Assembly (NCBI GenBank): GCA_963824735.1 | Contig: CAWGQH010000016.1 | Coordinates: 133,032 to 197,031 of the forward strand | Direction of reading: 5' to 3' | From: an uncultured Chloroflexia bacterium | GTDB taxonomy: Bacteria; Chloroflexota; Limnocylindria; Limnocylindrales; CSP1-4 | Length of the DNA stretch: 64,000 nucleotides | Shown here: positions 20,326 to 33,400 of the stretch, in pieces | How positions within the stretch are numbered: the stretch's first letter is position 1 | Layout of the letters: the number at the start of each line of letters is the position of its first letter | Translations under genes and position numbers: made by a program | The notes under the pieces: generated by a model | What the model saw: the letters and a program-made list of their open reading frames with translations, nothing else | Told to the model about the DNA's origin: nothing | Databases searched by the model: none

Positions 20326-20576
20326 GATGTTTCGGGCGCATCAAGAGAAGTGCTACCGCCGTGCTCGCACGCGACGGGCGCTCTTGGCTCGTTCGATGAA
20401 CCAACGGCGGTCGGGAAGCGGTTCATCCGTCATCCGGCTCGGCCGGCGAGCCATCTGACGGTCGGAAGGGTCGTCCGCCGCTGGCTGGCTCGCACGGCGT
20501 GCCAAACAGCGCCGGGGGCGGGTCCCGTTCGCCCGTTGGCTTGTTCAGCGAGCCGCCGCGCTCTCATTGGCCGGCT

Positions 20577-22510
<1,934 letters not shown>

Positions 22511-22514
<4 letters not shown>

Positions 22515-23626
22515 GACGGCACCGCGACCACGGCGTCGCCCTCGGCCAGTCGCCGTCGGCGCGATGACCTCGACCCAGCCGTCCTCGAAGAGCCCGGGCT
22601 CGACGCCGACGAGTGTGCGTCGTACCGTCGTCGGCGACGAGCTCGACCGCATAGCCGCCCTCGAGCAGCGCCACGAGCGCGTTGACCGGCACCGCGAGCA
22701 CGTTCTCGCGGCTCTGGCGCGTGATGCGGACCGTCGACCGGCGCCTGCGTCGTAGCTCGCCGCGCCGCCGGGCCGCTCCAGCGAGATCGTGACCGCCACC
22801 GTCGGGTCGGACTGGGTTCCCGAACTCGTCGGTCGCCGCCTCGGCCACCGTCCCGATCTCGCTCACCGACCCGGTGACGGTGGATCCGTCGGGCAGCTCG
22901 ACGGCGACCGCGTCGCCCGACCGCGACGAGGTCGACGGAATCGGCCTCGAGGTCGACCGTCACGACGCGCACGTCCGACGTGCCCCTTCAGGACCGGCCT
23001 GACCCGGGCCGACCTGCAGCCCGACCTCGACCGGCAGCTCGGTGACGCGGATCGCACCGGGCACGAACACGATCTCGCCCGGCGCGATCGTGCCGTCGAC
23101 GGTCATCCCGTTGGCACGCTGCCAACGCTTCACGGCTGCGGTCGTCGTCGTCGTCCCACTCGGCGTCGTTCACGTCGAACCCTTTGCGGGTGTATCCGAG
23201 CGCCTTGAGGTTCTCCTCCAGCTGGTTCACGTCGGCGCCGTTCGACATGTCCGGCTTCGAAAGCCCGCCATGCCGGCCGGTTGCCGTACAGCAGGACGGG
23301 CCGCCGCTTGCCGTTGACCTCGTAGAGCCGGTCACCGCGCTCGAGGATCGTGCCGAGCTCGGGCAGCCGGGTCAGCGTCCCGGCGAGCCCGTTGAGCGAC
23401 CTGCCGTCTCGCCGGTGTAGCCGAGCGTCCCGTCGAGGGTCTCCTCGATCGTGAGGGTGCGTCGCTCAACGGCGACCGCCTCACGGTCCGTGTCCTGCGG
23501 CTCTGCGCTGGTCTGGCCGCCGCTCGCGGGCATCGCGCCGAGGATCCCCGTGGATGCCACGCCGATAGCCACCACGCCAACGGCGGCCAGCCCGATGCCG
23601 GCGCGAACAAACCCACGGCGGGTCAT
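22511..23626 (-). pseudogene. HlyD/MacA-like periplasmic adaptor with peptidoglycan-binding domain (multiple frame breaks)
   Basis: ATG 23626 (MTRRGFVRAGIGLAAVGVVAIGV...VERRTLTIEETLDGTLGY). PG_binding_1-like GADVNQLEENLKALGY is in ORF 22988..23335. [23 protein letters not shown] and the terminal [12 protein letters not shown] (stop 22511-22513) lie in other frames. Confidence 0.65.
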
Positions 23627-24256
23627 GGCCGCACCTCGGTGCTCGGCCGGCTCTCGCCGCCGCCCGGCGCAACATTGGTGCCGCTGCCTGGACGCGATCT
23701 CGCCGAGCAGGTCGCCACATGCGTCCTCGGCCGCCTGGAACTCGTCGGAGCGCGGATCGAACTTCGGTCCCTTGCCGTCGTCACCCGGGCCGCCGATCAT
23801 CGCCCGGCCACCGGTCTCGAACTGCGGATCGGGCATGTCGATCCCGTGCTCGCGCATGCACTGCGCGAAGGCCAGCATCGCGTCGCGCTGCTCCTGGGGG
23901 ATGTCACCCGGCTGGCCGAGGCCTGTCGGCATCAGCTCCTGGCAGGCCTCCTGCGCCTCCTGGAGCTGCTCGCGGTCAAGGCCGTCCGGGCCACCGGCCC
24001 GGATCGAGAACGACATCTCGCCGTTGCCGCCGACCTGCGGGTCGGGCATGTCCACGCCGTGCTCACGCATGCACTGGGCGAAGGCGAGGGCGGCATCCTC
24101 GGGATCGACCGAGGCCTCGGGCTCGCTCGAGGACGAAGGCTCGGGGGACTGGCTGCCGAGGCTGGCCACGCCCGACGGGTTGGCAGCCGCCCCGGAACAC
24201 GCGGCAAGGATCGCGATCGCCGACACGGCGAGCGCGAAACGAAGGATTCGACTCAT
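23623..24256 (-). CDS. secreted lipoprotein with duplicated Cys-containing motif (probable frame break near the 3' end)
   Basis: ATG 24256 (MSRILRFALAVSAIAILAACSG, lipobox). AFAQCMREHG[VI]DMPDPQ occurs twice. The listed ORF 23372..24289 reads through into the adaptor gene. Another frame ends ...GSGTNVAPGGGESRPSTEVRP at TGA 23623-23625, overlapping the downstream ATG. Confidence 0.6.
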
Positions 24257-24336
24257 GACTTCGGGACTCCATGCGAGGTGGTGGTGCATGAAGCAGTTCT
24301 ACGGAGCGACCCTGAAGGTCGCCTGAAAATTCCGGG

Positions 24337-25665
24337 TCAGCTCAGCGGGAGACGGACCTCGAGCCGCGCGCCCGACCCCTCCGGACGGTTCGACGCTTCG
24401 ATCGCCCCGCCGTGCCGCTCGGCGATCCAGGCCGCGATGGCGAGGCCAAGGCCGGTGCCACCGGCGTGCTCGCCCGGTGCCCGCCAGAAGCGGTCGAAGA
24501 CGCGCGGGAGGTCATCGGGACGGAAGCCGGACCCGGCGTCCTCCACCCGTAGCCGGGCCGTCCCGCCGTCCAGGCGCGCTGAGACATTCACGATCGAGCC
24601 ACGCGGCGCGTGGCGGATCGCGTTGTCGAGGAGGATCCGGACCAGCTGCCGGAGCCGACCCGGGTCCCCGCTGAACGGAAGCGGCTCGGCGTCGGCTTCG
24701 ATGCGCACATTGCGTTCGGTGGCGAGCGGCGCGAGGCTGCCCGCGGCGTCAAGCGTCACCTCGCCGAGATCCGTCCGTTCGACCGCGAGCTCGAGCGCGC
24801 CCGAATCGGAGCGGGCGAGGAGGAGCAGATCGTCGACCAGGGCGCCGAGTCGGTCGGTCTCCGCCTCGATGTCGTCGAGGGCATCGCCGACCTCGGCGAC
24901 CGGCTGGTCGGCGTGGCGGCGGAGGTGCGCTACCGAGCCCTTCACGACGCTGAGCGGGGTACGCAGCTCATGACTCGCGTCCGCTGCGAAGTCGCGCTGG
25001 CGGCGCATCGCATCGCGGATCGGGACCAGCGCACGCTCGGCGTACAGCCAGCCAACGCCAAGCGCGATCGCGAGAACCAGCACGCCGCCGACGGCCAGGA
25101 CCGTGAGCAGCACCGCCAGGGCACGCTCCTCGGCGATCCGGTCGGCCACGACCTGGATGACAAAGGGCTGGTCGCCGACCGTCACGCGGTGCGACAGGAT
25201 CCTGACCGGGGTGCCATCCACGCTCGCGAGGTCGATCGACTCGCCGGTCAGGCGGGCTTCGTCGACGCCGGTCGAGTTGGGCAGCTGGGCATTGAAGACC
25301 TGCGAGACATCCGGGAAGGCGGCGTCGTTGGGGCCGATGACGAAGGCCAGCGTCCCGGCCGACGACCCACCGACAAAGCTGACCCCCGGCCGGCCAGGAT
25401 CGCCGGACACGATCTGATTGAAAACGGGGCCCGGCGGTGCCATCGCCGGGGGGACCGTGGCGAGCATTTCGATGCGCGGCGCGAGGATGGCGGCTCGCTG
25501 ACGGAGCTGCTCGACCGCCGCCGATTCGAGGCTGCTGGCGACGGCGATGTAGATGAGCGTCCCGAGGAGAACCAGAACGGCCAGGGTGGAGCCGCCACTC
25601 CAGGCCAGGAGTCGCCAGCGGACGCGGCGAACGAGCGCAGCATCGGAGACGGCCCGGGTGCTCAC
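24337..25665 (-). CDS. two-component sensor histidine kinase
   Basis: ORF 24337..25665 is intact, and its GTG start overlaps the RR stop (GTGA). Two TM helices, H-box HELRTPLS, G-box GTGLGLAIA. Confidence 0.9.
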   Translation of the reverse strand: MSTRAVSDAALVRRVRWRLLAWSGGSTLAVLVLLGTLIYIAVASSLESAAVEQLRQRAAILAPRIEMLATVPPAMAPPGPVFNQIVSGDPGRPGVSFVGGSSAGTLAFVIGPNDAAFPDVSQVFNAQLPNSTGVDEARLTGESIDLASVDGTPVRILSHRVTVGDQPFVIQVVADRIAEERALAVLLTVLAVGGVLVLAIALGVGWLYAERALVPIRDAMRRQRDFAADASHELRTPLSVVKGSVAHLRRHADQPVAEVGDALDDIEAETDRLGALVDDLLLLARSDSGALELAVERTDLGEVTLDAAGSLAPLATERNVRIEADAEPLPFSGDPGRLRQLVRILLDNAIRHAPRGSIVNVSARLDGGTARLRVEDAGSGFRPDDLPRVFDRFWRAPGEHAGGTGLGLAIAAWIAERHGGAIEASNRPEGSGARLEVRLPLS

Positions 25666-26347
25666 GTTTCGACCATCCGGTAGCCGATGCCACGGACGGT
25701 TTCGATCCGGGCCGCGCCTCCCGGACCGAGCTTGCGCCGCAGGAACGTGATGAAGGCATCGACCGTGTTCGGGGTGACCGCGACGCCGAACGGCCAGGCC
25801 ATGTCGAGCAGCTGGTCACGGCTCAGCGCGTGGCCCGGGTGGCGAAGCAGGCATTCGAGGAGCGAGAACTCGCGGAGCGTGAGCTCCACGGGTCGGCCGT
25901 CAACCGTGACCCTTCGTCGCGACTCGTCAGGCGCGATCGGTCCGCTGGCGAGGATCGCGCCGTCGTCCCAGGCGGAGGTGTCCGCCGCGCGTCGTGAGAG
26001 CGCTCGGAGTCGCGCCGACGACCTCCTCGTAGGCGAACGGCTTGACGACATAGTCGTCGGCTCCTGCGTCGAGCCCGGAAATCCGGTCCGCGAGGCCGTC
26101 CCGCGCCGTGAGCATCAGGATCGGGACGCGGCAGCCCCGGGCGCGCATCCGCCTGGCGACCTCGAACCCGTCGAGATCGGGCAGGCCCACGTCGAGGATC
26201 AGCGCGTCGAAGGTGGCCGCCGGCCTCGACGAGCTCGAGCGCCTCACCGCCACCGACAGCGAGGTCGACGACGTGGCGCTCCTCGACCAGGAGCCGTTGG
26301 AGGAGCCTTCCCAACCGCGGGTCGTCCTCGACGATGAGCACGTGCAC
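25662..26347 (-). pseudogene. OmpR-family response regulator (two frame breaks as assembled)
   Basis: GTG 26347 ([13 protein letters not shown]). The receiver continues in ORF 25927..26253 ([23 protein letters not shown]...ILMLTARD...KPFAYEEVV). The winged helix is in ORF 25662..26051 (ARLRALSRR...LTLREFSLLECLL...VRGIGYRM). The breaks are at about 26220 and 26015, both at GG/CC doublets. Confidence 0.8.
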
Positions 26348-26737
26348 GTACCGGTTCTACGGCCTCTTTCTGAAGGTTCTCTGAAAGCCCCTTCCTCGAC
26401 GCGCCACGCGCGGCTCGCTCAACGAACCAGCGACGGTCCGCTCGGATTGAACGCGAGCAGCACCGGGCTCGAACACGACCATTTGACAGAACGCCTGTTC
26501 GGCCTCAGGATTCCTGTTGTCAATCCGCAGCGAGGGCCCACGGTCGAGCGACCCGAAAGACCGCTCCCGTCCGCCAGCTTCGGATCCGCGCCGCTCCGGC
26601 CCAATACCGGCCGTGACGAGCGCAACAAGTGCCGCGCAGGCCGCCCAGGACGCGACCGTGCGCAAGAGAAGGGAAATCGAACAACTACCGTGCTTTCACG
26701 TACAACCACTGCGTCCCTCGCCGGACGCGCCAGTTCC

Positions 26738-26878
26738 ATGCGTCGCCAGCGGCGGCGCGTCATGCACACGAACCGGCCCTATTGCCGGACGAACGGCTGC
26801 GCCAGCTTCCTCGACGTCGACCCGATCACGGGGACGGCCAGCTGCCCGATCTGCGGGTACGTCCTCCGGCCCCACTGA
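26738..26878 (+). CDS. small Cys4 zinc-ribbon protein (38-46 aa)
   Basis: Start at ATG 26738 or ATG 26762; stop at TGA 26876-26878. Peptide: MHTNRPYCRTNGCASFLDVDPITGTASCPICGYVLRPH. Third-codon positions are almost all G/C (a single T), unlike the flanking non-coding DNA. Confidence 0.45.
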   Translation: MRRQRRRVMHTNRPYCRTNGCASFLDVDPITGTASCPICGYVLRPH

Positions 26879-26893
26879 CCCGAGCGGCGCCCG

Positions 26894-27673
26894 CTACTCG
26901 GGCGCGACGATCTCGATCGGCCCGCCGACGTTCGAGAACTCGAAGTTCGTCGTGCCGGTGACGGCAACGCCATTCGGGTCCGTCGCCGAGAACGCCGTTT
27001 TCGCGAGGACCGGCGTGCCGTCCTCCTCGACCCAGATGTCGAACACGTCGTACTGACCCGTGCCGCCCGCGGCCGGCGCGTACGGGATCGTGCGGCTGGC
27101 CGTCAGATGGTGCAGGTCGCGGCCATCGACCTCTTCGACCCCGACGTAGAGCAGATCGTGCGGGTCGGTGACGAGGCGCATGTTCTGCACCAGGCCGGCG
27201 AGCTGAGCCTCGGCGGCCGCCTTCGGGACCGACGCCCAGTCCCCGTCCCCCTGCTGGACGTACGCCGTTTCACCGAGCACGACCATCTTCATGTCGACCT
27301 CGGTCGCGCCGGAGGCGATATGCATCGTGATGTCGAGATCGTCGCCCGAGAAGTCGCCCGACAGCATCGCCTCGACGTCGCCGAGCGCCGTCGTGGCGGT
27401 CGCGACCTGCTCGAGATGCATGATCATCGGATCGGCGGCCAGCGTGGCGACGAGGGCCTCGGCGTACGGGCCACCGGCATCGGCCGGCGGCGGCTCCTCG
27501 TCGCGCGTCGTGGGCGGCGCCTCGCTGGGCGGCGCGACGGACGGTGGTGCCTCGCTCGCGGGGACAGGGGTGACGACGGCCGGAGAGGACGCCGCGCCAC
27601 CGCACGCGGTAAGCGTCACGGCGAGGAGCAGCACCGCCAGGAACGAGGGGCGCGCGGTCATCCCGGTAACCAT
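26894..27673 (-). CDS. putative lipoprotein
   Basis: ORF 26894..27673. Signal peptide plus lipobox LLLAVTLTACGG, then a Pro/Ser/Glu-rich linker. No catalytic motif seen. Confidence 0.7.
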   Translation of the reverse strand: MVTGMTARPSFLAVLLLAVTLTACGGAASSPAVVTPVPASEAPPSVAPPSEAPPTTRDEEPPPADAGGPYAEALVATLAADPMIMHLEQVATATTALGDVEAMLSGDFSGDDLDITMHIASGATEVDMKMVVLGETAYVQQGDGDWASVPKAAAEAQLAGLVQNMRLVTDPHDLLYVGVEEVDGRDLHHLTASRTIPYAPAAGGTGQYDVFDIWVEEDGTPVLAKTAFSATDPNGVAVTGTTNFEFSNVGGPIEIVAPE

Positions 27674-27738
27674 GCACGGACGTCGCGCCGCGCGGGATGC
27701 CCCGAACGGCCCATGACCCGCCGACGCATGCTCCCTGC

Positions 27739-29094
27739 ATGCAGACCGTGGACCGCGTAAGGCTCGAGTCGCTCCATGAACCCGAGCGACAGCGTTTCGT
27801 CGCCGAGCACCCGCGCTCGAAGGAGCTGTTCGAGCGGGCGAAGGCCTCGCTCCATGACGGCGTCCCGATGAACTGGATGGTCCGCTGGGCGAGCCCGTTC
27901 CCGCCGTTCGTCGAGACCGCCGAGGGCGCGTCGTTTCGCTGCGTCGACGGCCACGACTACGTCGACTTCTGTCTCGGCGACACGGGCGCGATGGCCGGGC
28001 ACGGCGCCGCGGCCACGATCGAGGCGGTCGAGCGGCAACTCCGCCGCGGCATCACCCACATGCTCCCGACCGAGGATGCGATCTGGGTCGGCGAGGAGCT
28101 CCAGCGCCGATTCGGGCTGCCCTACTGGCAGTTCACGCTGTCGGCCACGGACGCGAACCGCTTCGCGCTGCGCCTCGGCCGCCAGATCACCGGGCGGTCG
28201 AAGGTCGTCGTCCACGACTTCTGCTACCACGGCACCGTCGACGAGACGTTCGCCGTGCTCGACGACGGCGGCCGGACGGTGGCGCGCCAGGGCTCGATCG
28301 GGCCGCAGGTCGACGTCGCCGAGACGACCCGCGTCGTCGAGTTCAACGACATCGACGGCCTCGAACGCGCACTGGAGGATCGCGACGTCGCGGTCGTGCT
28401 GTTCGAACCGGCGCTCACCAACATCGGGATCGTGCTGCCGGACGACGGATACCTCGACGCCGTCCGCGAGCTGACCCGGCGGACCGGCACGCTCCTGTTG
28501 ATCGACGAGACCCACACGATCTGTGCCGGGCCCGGCGGGGCGACAAAGGCCTGGGCCCTCGAACCCGACGTGCTCGTGATCGGCAAGACGATCGGTGGCG
28601 GGATCCCGATCGCGACGTACGGGTTCACGGCAGAGGTCGCCGACCGGATCCGCGCTTCGACGAGCTACGAGGATGCAGACGTCGGCGGGATCGGCGGGAC
28701 GCTGGCCGGCTACGCGCTGTCGCTGGCGGCCACGCGGGCGACGCTCGGCGAGGTCCTGACCGACGAGGCGTTCGACCGCATGCTGCCGCTGGGCGAACGC
28801 TGGGCCGACGGCGTCAATTCGGTCATCCGCGAACGCGACGTTCCGTGGCACGTCACCCGACTCGGTGCCCGCGCCGAGTACCACTTCACCCCCGAGCCAC
28901 CGCGAAACGGCCGCGAGCAGTGGGACCACAGCGACCCGGAGCTCGAGGCATTCCTCCACCTCTGGGCCATGAACCGCCGGATCCTCATGACGCCGTTCCA
29001 CAACATGGCCCTGATGTCGCCATCGACCACCGAGGCAGACGTCGATCGCCACACCGAGGTCTTCGCCGAGGCGGTCGACGCGCTGTTCGCGTAG
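27739..29094 (+). CDS. class III (GSA-aminomutase-like) PLP aminotransferase
   Basis: ORF 27697..29094 trimmed to ATG 27739 (MQTVDRVRLESL). LLLIDETHT; VIGKTIGGGIPIATYGF carries the PLP-lysine motif. Confidence 0.85.
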   Translation: MQTVDRVRLESLHEPERQRFVAEHPRSKELFERAKASLHDGVPMNWMVRWASPFPPFVETAEGASFRCVDGHDYVDFCLGDTGAMAGHGAAATIEAVERQLRRGITHMLPTEDAIWVGEELQRRFGLPYWQFTLSATDANRFALRLGRQITGRSKVVVHDFCYHGTVDETFAVLDDGGRTVARQGSIGPQVDVAETTRVVEFNDIDGLERALEDRDVAVVLFEPALTNIGIVLPDDGYLDAVRELTRRTGTLLLIDETHTICAGPGGATKAWALEPDVLVIGKTIGGGIPIATYGFTAEVADRIRASTSYEDADVGGIGGTLAGYALSLAATRATLGEVLTDEAFDRMLPLGERWADGVNSVIRERDVPWHVTRLGARAEYHFTPEPPRNGREQWDHSDPELEAFLHLWAMNRRILMTPFHNMALMSPSTTEADVDRHTEVFAEAVDALFA

Positions 29095-29105
29095 GAGGCT
29101 CCACG

Positions 29106-29708
29106 ATGGAGCTCGACCATGTCCTGATCGCATGCACCGATCTCGACGCAGCCGCTCGCGAATTCGAAGCGCGCGTCGGGCTGTCGTCGGTCGAGGGCGG
29201 CCGGCATCGCGACTGGGGCACGGCGAACCGGATCGTCCCGCTCGGATCGAGCTATCTCGAACTGGTCACGGTCGTCGATCAGCGCGTCGCAGCCGCGAGC
29301 AGTTTCGGGCGGTGGGTCGGCGACGGCGCGACGGAAGCCGGACGGCTGATCGGCTGGGCCGTGCGGACCTCCGGACTGGATGAGACTGCCGGGCGGCTCG
29401 GCCTCACGGTTCGCAGCGGATCGCGGGCAACACCATCCGGCGAGGAGCTGCGATGGCGAAGCGCCGGGATCGACGAGGCCATCGCCGAACCGTGCCTTCC
29501 GTTCTTCGTCGAATGGGGCGAAGGCGTGCGGCTGCCCGGCTCGGAGAACCCTCAGCCGGCGACGATCTCCAGGCTGGTGCTCGAGGGCAGCCCGGATCGC
29601 CTGGCCGGATGGCTCGGTGAGCATTCGCTGCCGATTCGGGTGCACGACGGGCCGGCCGAGGTCGCCGCGGTGGTTCTGTCGACGGCCGCCGGCGAGATCA
29701 TCCTGTGA
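29106..29708 (+). CDS. VOC/glyoxalase-like domain protein
   Basis: SD GGAGG precedes ATG 29106 (MELDHVLIACTDLDAAAREFEARVGL). About 200 aa within ORF 28845..29708. Confidence 0.7.
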   Translation: MELDHVLIACTDLDAAAREFEARVGLSSVEGGRHRDWGTANRIVPLGSSYLELVTVVDQRVAAASSFGRWVGDGATEAGRLIGWAVRTSGLDETAGRLGLTVRSGSRATPSGEELRWRSAGIDEAIAEPCLPFFVEWGEGVRLPGSENPQPATISRLVLEGSPDRLAGWLGEHSLPIRVHDGPAEVAAVVLSTAAGEIIL

Positions 29709-29745
29709 GCGGCGACGGCTGAGGACGCCGCGCCCGATTGCGCCG

Positions 29746-29894
29746 CGTGCATGGGGTGCACCTAACGGCCATCGAAGGGCGGTCCAGGGGCCCAGATCGA
29801 CCCGAAAATGACCGAAATCGGTCGAATTCGTGCGCCCCACGACACAAACGGCCAACGAAGTCGGGTTCGTTTGCGGTACGTGCATGGGGTGCAC
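29746..29894. repeat. two copies of a 16-nt hairpin-forming direct repeat flanking a palindrome
   Basis: CGTGCATGGGGTGCAC occurs at 29746-29761 and 29879-29894; each contains GTGCA-N5-TGCAC. The palindrome GACCGA-AA-TCGGTC lies at 29810-29823 in between. The whole element sits in the 220-nt gap between convergent genes. Confidence 0.5.
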
Positions 29895-29928
29895 ATCCGC
29901 CGGCGGCGGGGCTGGCCCGCGGGTGGTG

Positions 29929-30385
29929 TCAGGCGCCGAACGCCGCCTCCAGCCGCGCCAGTTCCGCCTCGGGATCCAGCGGCCGCCGATGCTGGCGATC
30001 CGTCGGCGCCTCGGTGTTGAGGCGATCAATCGCAAGGTTCGTCGCCGCAACGAGCCGTTCCAGGTCACGCCGCAGGCGCGGTCGCGTCACGGAGGACGCC
30101 GCCGCCGCCCGCGCCAGCAGGGCGTCCCGCTGCGCGAGCAGGTTGCGGACCTCCTTGTCCGCCTCGATCCACGGCGGCGCCACGCCCGCATTGCGCAGCA
30201 CCCGGAACCCGAGCGCGCGCTCCCCGGCCGCGGAGTCGTCCTCGAGCGGCAGCCGCTGCCCCGAGTATGGCAGCTCGTCGAACGCGCCGTCCGTCCATCG
30301 CCTCGCGGATCTGCCGCTCGACGATGCTCTCCCACGTCGGACCGACCGAGAGCTTGCCCTCGCCGTCGCGTCGCTTGGCCACCAT
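29929..30385 (-). pseudogene. DUF1992 (DnaJ-C28-like) family protein (single frame break as assembled)
   Basis: ATG 30385 (MVAKRRDGEGKLSVGPTWESIVERQIREAMD). The break is at about 30291 (CC doublet). The sequence then reads GAFDELPYSGQRLPLEDDSAAGERALGFRVLRNAGVAPPWIEADKEVRNLL in the ORF 29929..30201 frame. Confidence 0.65.
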
Positions 30386-30449
30386 GCGCGAATCGTAGCG
30401 GCCGCGTGACAGGCAAGCTGACACGCGTCGCGCGTATCGTGAGGGCGAC

Positions 30450-33400
30450 GTGCAAACGATCGACGGCCAGCCGGTCTACGCCGCCACGGACCTTGTTGGC
30501 TTCCTGGCGTGCGAGCATCTCACGCAGCTCGAGCGCGCCGCGATGGCGGGTATGACGGTGCGCCCGGAACGCGTCGACCCCGAGCTGGACATCATCCGCA
30601 AGCGCGGGTTCCAGCACGAGCAGCGCTTCCTCGACGAGCTGCGCGCCGAAGGAAAGACCGTGGCCCACATCGAGCTCGACGGCTCGATCGAGGACCGCGG
30701 CGACCAGTTGCGCGCGGCGGCCGCAGCGACGCGCGAAGCGATCGCCGAGGGCCCGGACGTCATCTACCAGGCCACGTTCTTCGACGGAACGTGGCGCGGC
30801 CATGCCGACTTCCTGCTCCGCATTGAGTCTCCGGACCGACCGTCCCGCTTCGGCCCGTACCACTACGAGGTGGCGGACACGAAGCTCGCTCGCCACGTCA
30901 AGGCGAGCGCCGTCCTCCAGATCTGCACGTACGTCGAGCTGCTCGACCGAGATCCAGGGCGTCGAACCCGAATGGATGCACGTGGCGCTGGGTGGCAGCG
31001 CGCACGCCGTCGAGCGGCTCCGCGTCGACGACTACATGGCCTACTACCGCGCGGCGAAAGCTCGGTTCCTGGCGGCGCTCGACGATCCATCCACGCTTGC
31101 CTTCCCGTCGGGGACCACCTACCCCGAGCCGGTCGAGCACTGCGACGTCTGCCGCTGGGCGATCGAGTGCGGGCGGCGGCGGCGCGAGGACGACCACCTC
31201 AGCCTCGTCGCCGGCATCTCGGCACGGCAGCGGCGGGCACTCGCGGACCGTGGGATTGCGACGCTCGCGGACCTCGGCCGGCTGCCGCTCCCCATGACAC
31301 CGAGGATCGAGGGCACCAGCGAACAGGCGCTGGTCCGCGTCCGCGAGCAGGCCCGGATCCAGCTGGAAGGGCGCCTCGCCAACGCACCGCGTCACGAGCT
31401 GCTGCTGCCGGCACCGGGCGAGGCGATCGACCCGGAACGGGGGCTCGCGACGCTCCCCGAGCCGTCGAAAGGCGACCTGTTCTTCGACATCGAAGGCGAC
31501 CCGTTCGCGTTCGAGGACGGTCTCGACTACCTCTTCGGCGTCCTGGAGACCGATGGCACGTTCCACGCGATCTGGTCGCGCGACGAGACCGGCGCGTTCA
31601 CGCTCGAGGCGGAACGTGCGGCGTTCGAGCGGCTCATCGACTTCTTCATGGAGCGGCTCGAACGCGACCCGGCGCTCCATGTCTATCACTACGCCCCGTA
31701 CGAGCCGACCGCCCTCAAGCGGCTGATGGGCCGCTACGGCACCCGCGAGATCGAGGTCGACCGGCTGCTGCGGGGCGGCGTCCTCGTCGACCTGCTGCGC
31801 GCCGTCCGCCAGGGCGTGCGGGCGTCGGTCGAGAGCTACTCGATCAAGAAGATGGAGCAGTTCTACGGCTTCGAACGCAGCATCGACCTGCGCGACGCCG
31901 GGTCGAGCATCGTCGCGTTCGAGCAGTGGCTCGAGCTCGGCGAGGGCGAGCGGCCAGCTTCGGACCACCTCGAGCGGATCGAGCGCTACAACGAGGACGA
32001 TGTCGTCAGCAACACCCGCTTGCGCGACTGGCTCGAGACGCTCCGCGTCGAGCTCGCAGCGACAACCGGGCTCGAGGTTCCGCGACCAAGGCCGCGCGAC
32101 GGCGAGGCACCGGAGGAGTTGTCCGAGGCCCAGGCCCGAGTCGAGGCGCTCGCGGACCGGCTCGCCGGCGACGTCCCGAGCGACCGTGCCGACCGGACGG
32201 TCGAGGAGCACGCCCGCTGGCTGCTGGCGCAGCTGCTCGGCTGGCACCGCCGCGAGGACAAGTCGACCTGGTGGGAGTTCCACCGCCTCATGGACCTCAC
32301 GCCGGAGCAGCTCGTCGACGAATCGGCGCCGCTCGGCTTGCTCGAACCGGTGAAGCCGCTCGGGCCGCCGGAGAAGGGCAAGCAGGTCTGGCGCTACCGC
32401 TTCCCGCCGCAGGACTACGACCTGGGCCGTGGCGATGTCTACGATCCGGCGCTCAAGGCGCGTGACTCGGGTGCGAAGTTCTCCGAGTGGAGGACTGCCG
32501 AGCTTGTCGCGATCGACGACGCCGCACGGACCGTCGACCTGCGCGGGTCGGCCGACAACCCGCTCCCGCACCCCGCGGCGATCGTCCCGCTCGACATCTA
32601 CATGACGACCGGCCAGCGCGCTGCACTCGAGGCGCTCGGGACATGGGTCGCGGACCACGGGATCGACGCCGACGGCCCCTACCGCGCGATCCGCGACCTG
32701 CTGATCGGCCGGCCGCCGCGGACCCGGATGCTCGCCGGCGAAGCGCTCCGGCGGGCGGACGAGACCGACCTCGATGCCGCGCTCCGGCTCGCGCTCGAGC
32801 TCGACCGGACGGTGCTCCCGATCCAGGGACCGCCCGGTTCGGGCAAGACGTACAGCGGCGCGCGGATGATCTGCCGGCTGCTCGCGAACGGGAAACGGGT
32901 CGGCATCACAGCGAACAGCCACAAGGTGATCGGCAACCTGATCAAGGAGGTTTACAGGGCTGCCGGGTCCACCGTCGACGTCCATGTCGTCCAGCGCGGC
33001 GACCCCGACCAGATCCTGGAGGATGACCGCGTGATCCGCGGCAAGGATCCGCGCCACACGCGGGCGCAGCTCGACGCCGGGCTCGCGAACCTTGCCGCGG
33101 GCACGTCCTGGCTGTGGGTGTCGGAAGCGATGGCCGGGTCGGTCGACGTGCTGTTTGTCGATGAGGCCGGCCAGATGTCGCTCGCGAACGTCGTGTCGAT
33201 GGCGGCCGCTGCGCAGAGCTTCGTGCTCCTCGGCGATCCGCAGCAGCTCGATCAGCCGCTCCACGGCACCCACCCGCCCGGCGCGGACCGTTCGGCGCTC
33301 GCACACGTGCTCGATGGGCTCGCGACGATCCCACCGGACCGTGGCCTGTTCCTCGAGACGACGTGGCGGCTCCATCCGGATCTGTGCCGGTTCACCTCCG

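Noticed and set aside
20395-20427. 8-bp inverted repeat GATGAACC-N17-GGTTCATC in the 250-nt gap after the FtsX gene.
   Set aside because: The stem is short, the loop is large, there is no U-tract and there is no second copy. That is insufficient to call a terminator or operator.
26879-26902. Hairpin CCCGAGCGG-CGC-CCGC(TAC)TCGGG between the mini-ORF and the lipoprotein gene.
   Set aside because: The stem is bulged and overlaps the lipoprotein stop codon. It may be a weak bidirectional terminator, but the support is too weak to list as a feature.
29746-29894. Possible CRISPR array.
   Set aside because: There are only two 16-nt repeat copies, about 117 nt apart. No cas genes are present and there is no regular repeat-spacer periodicity.
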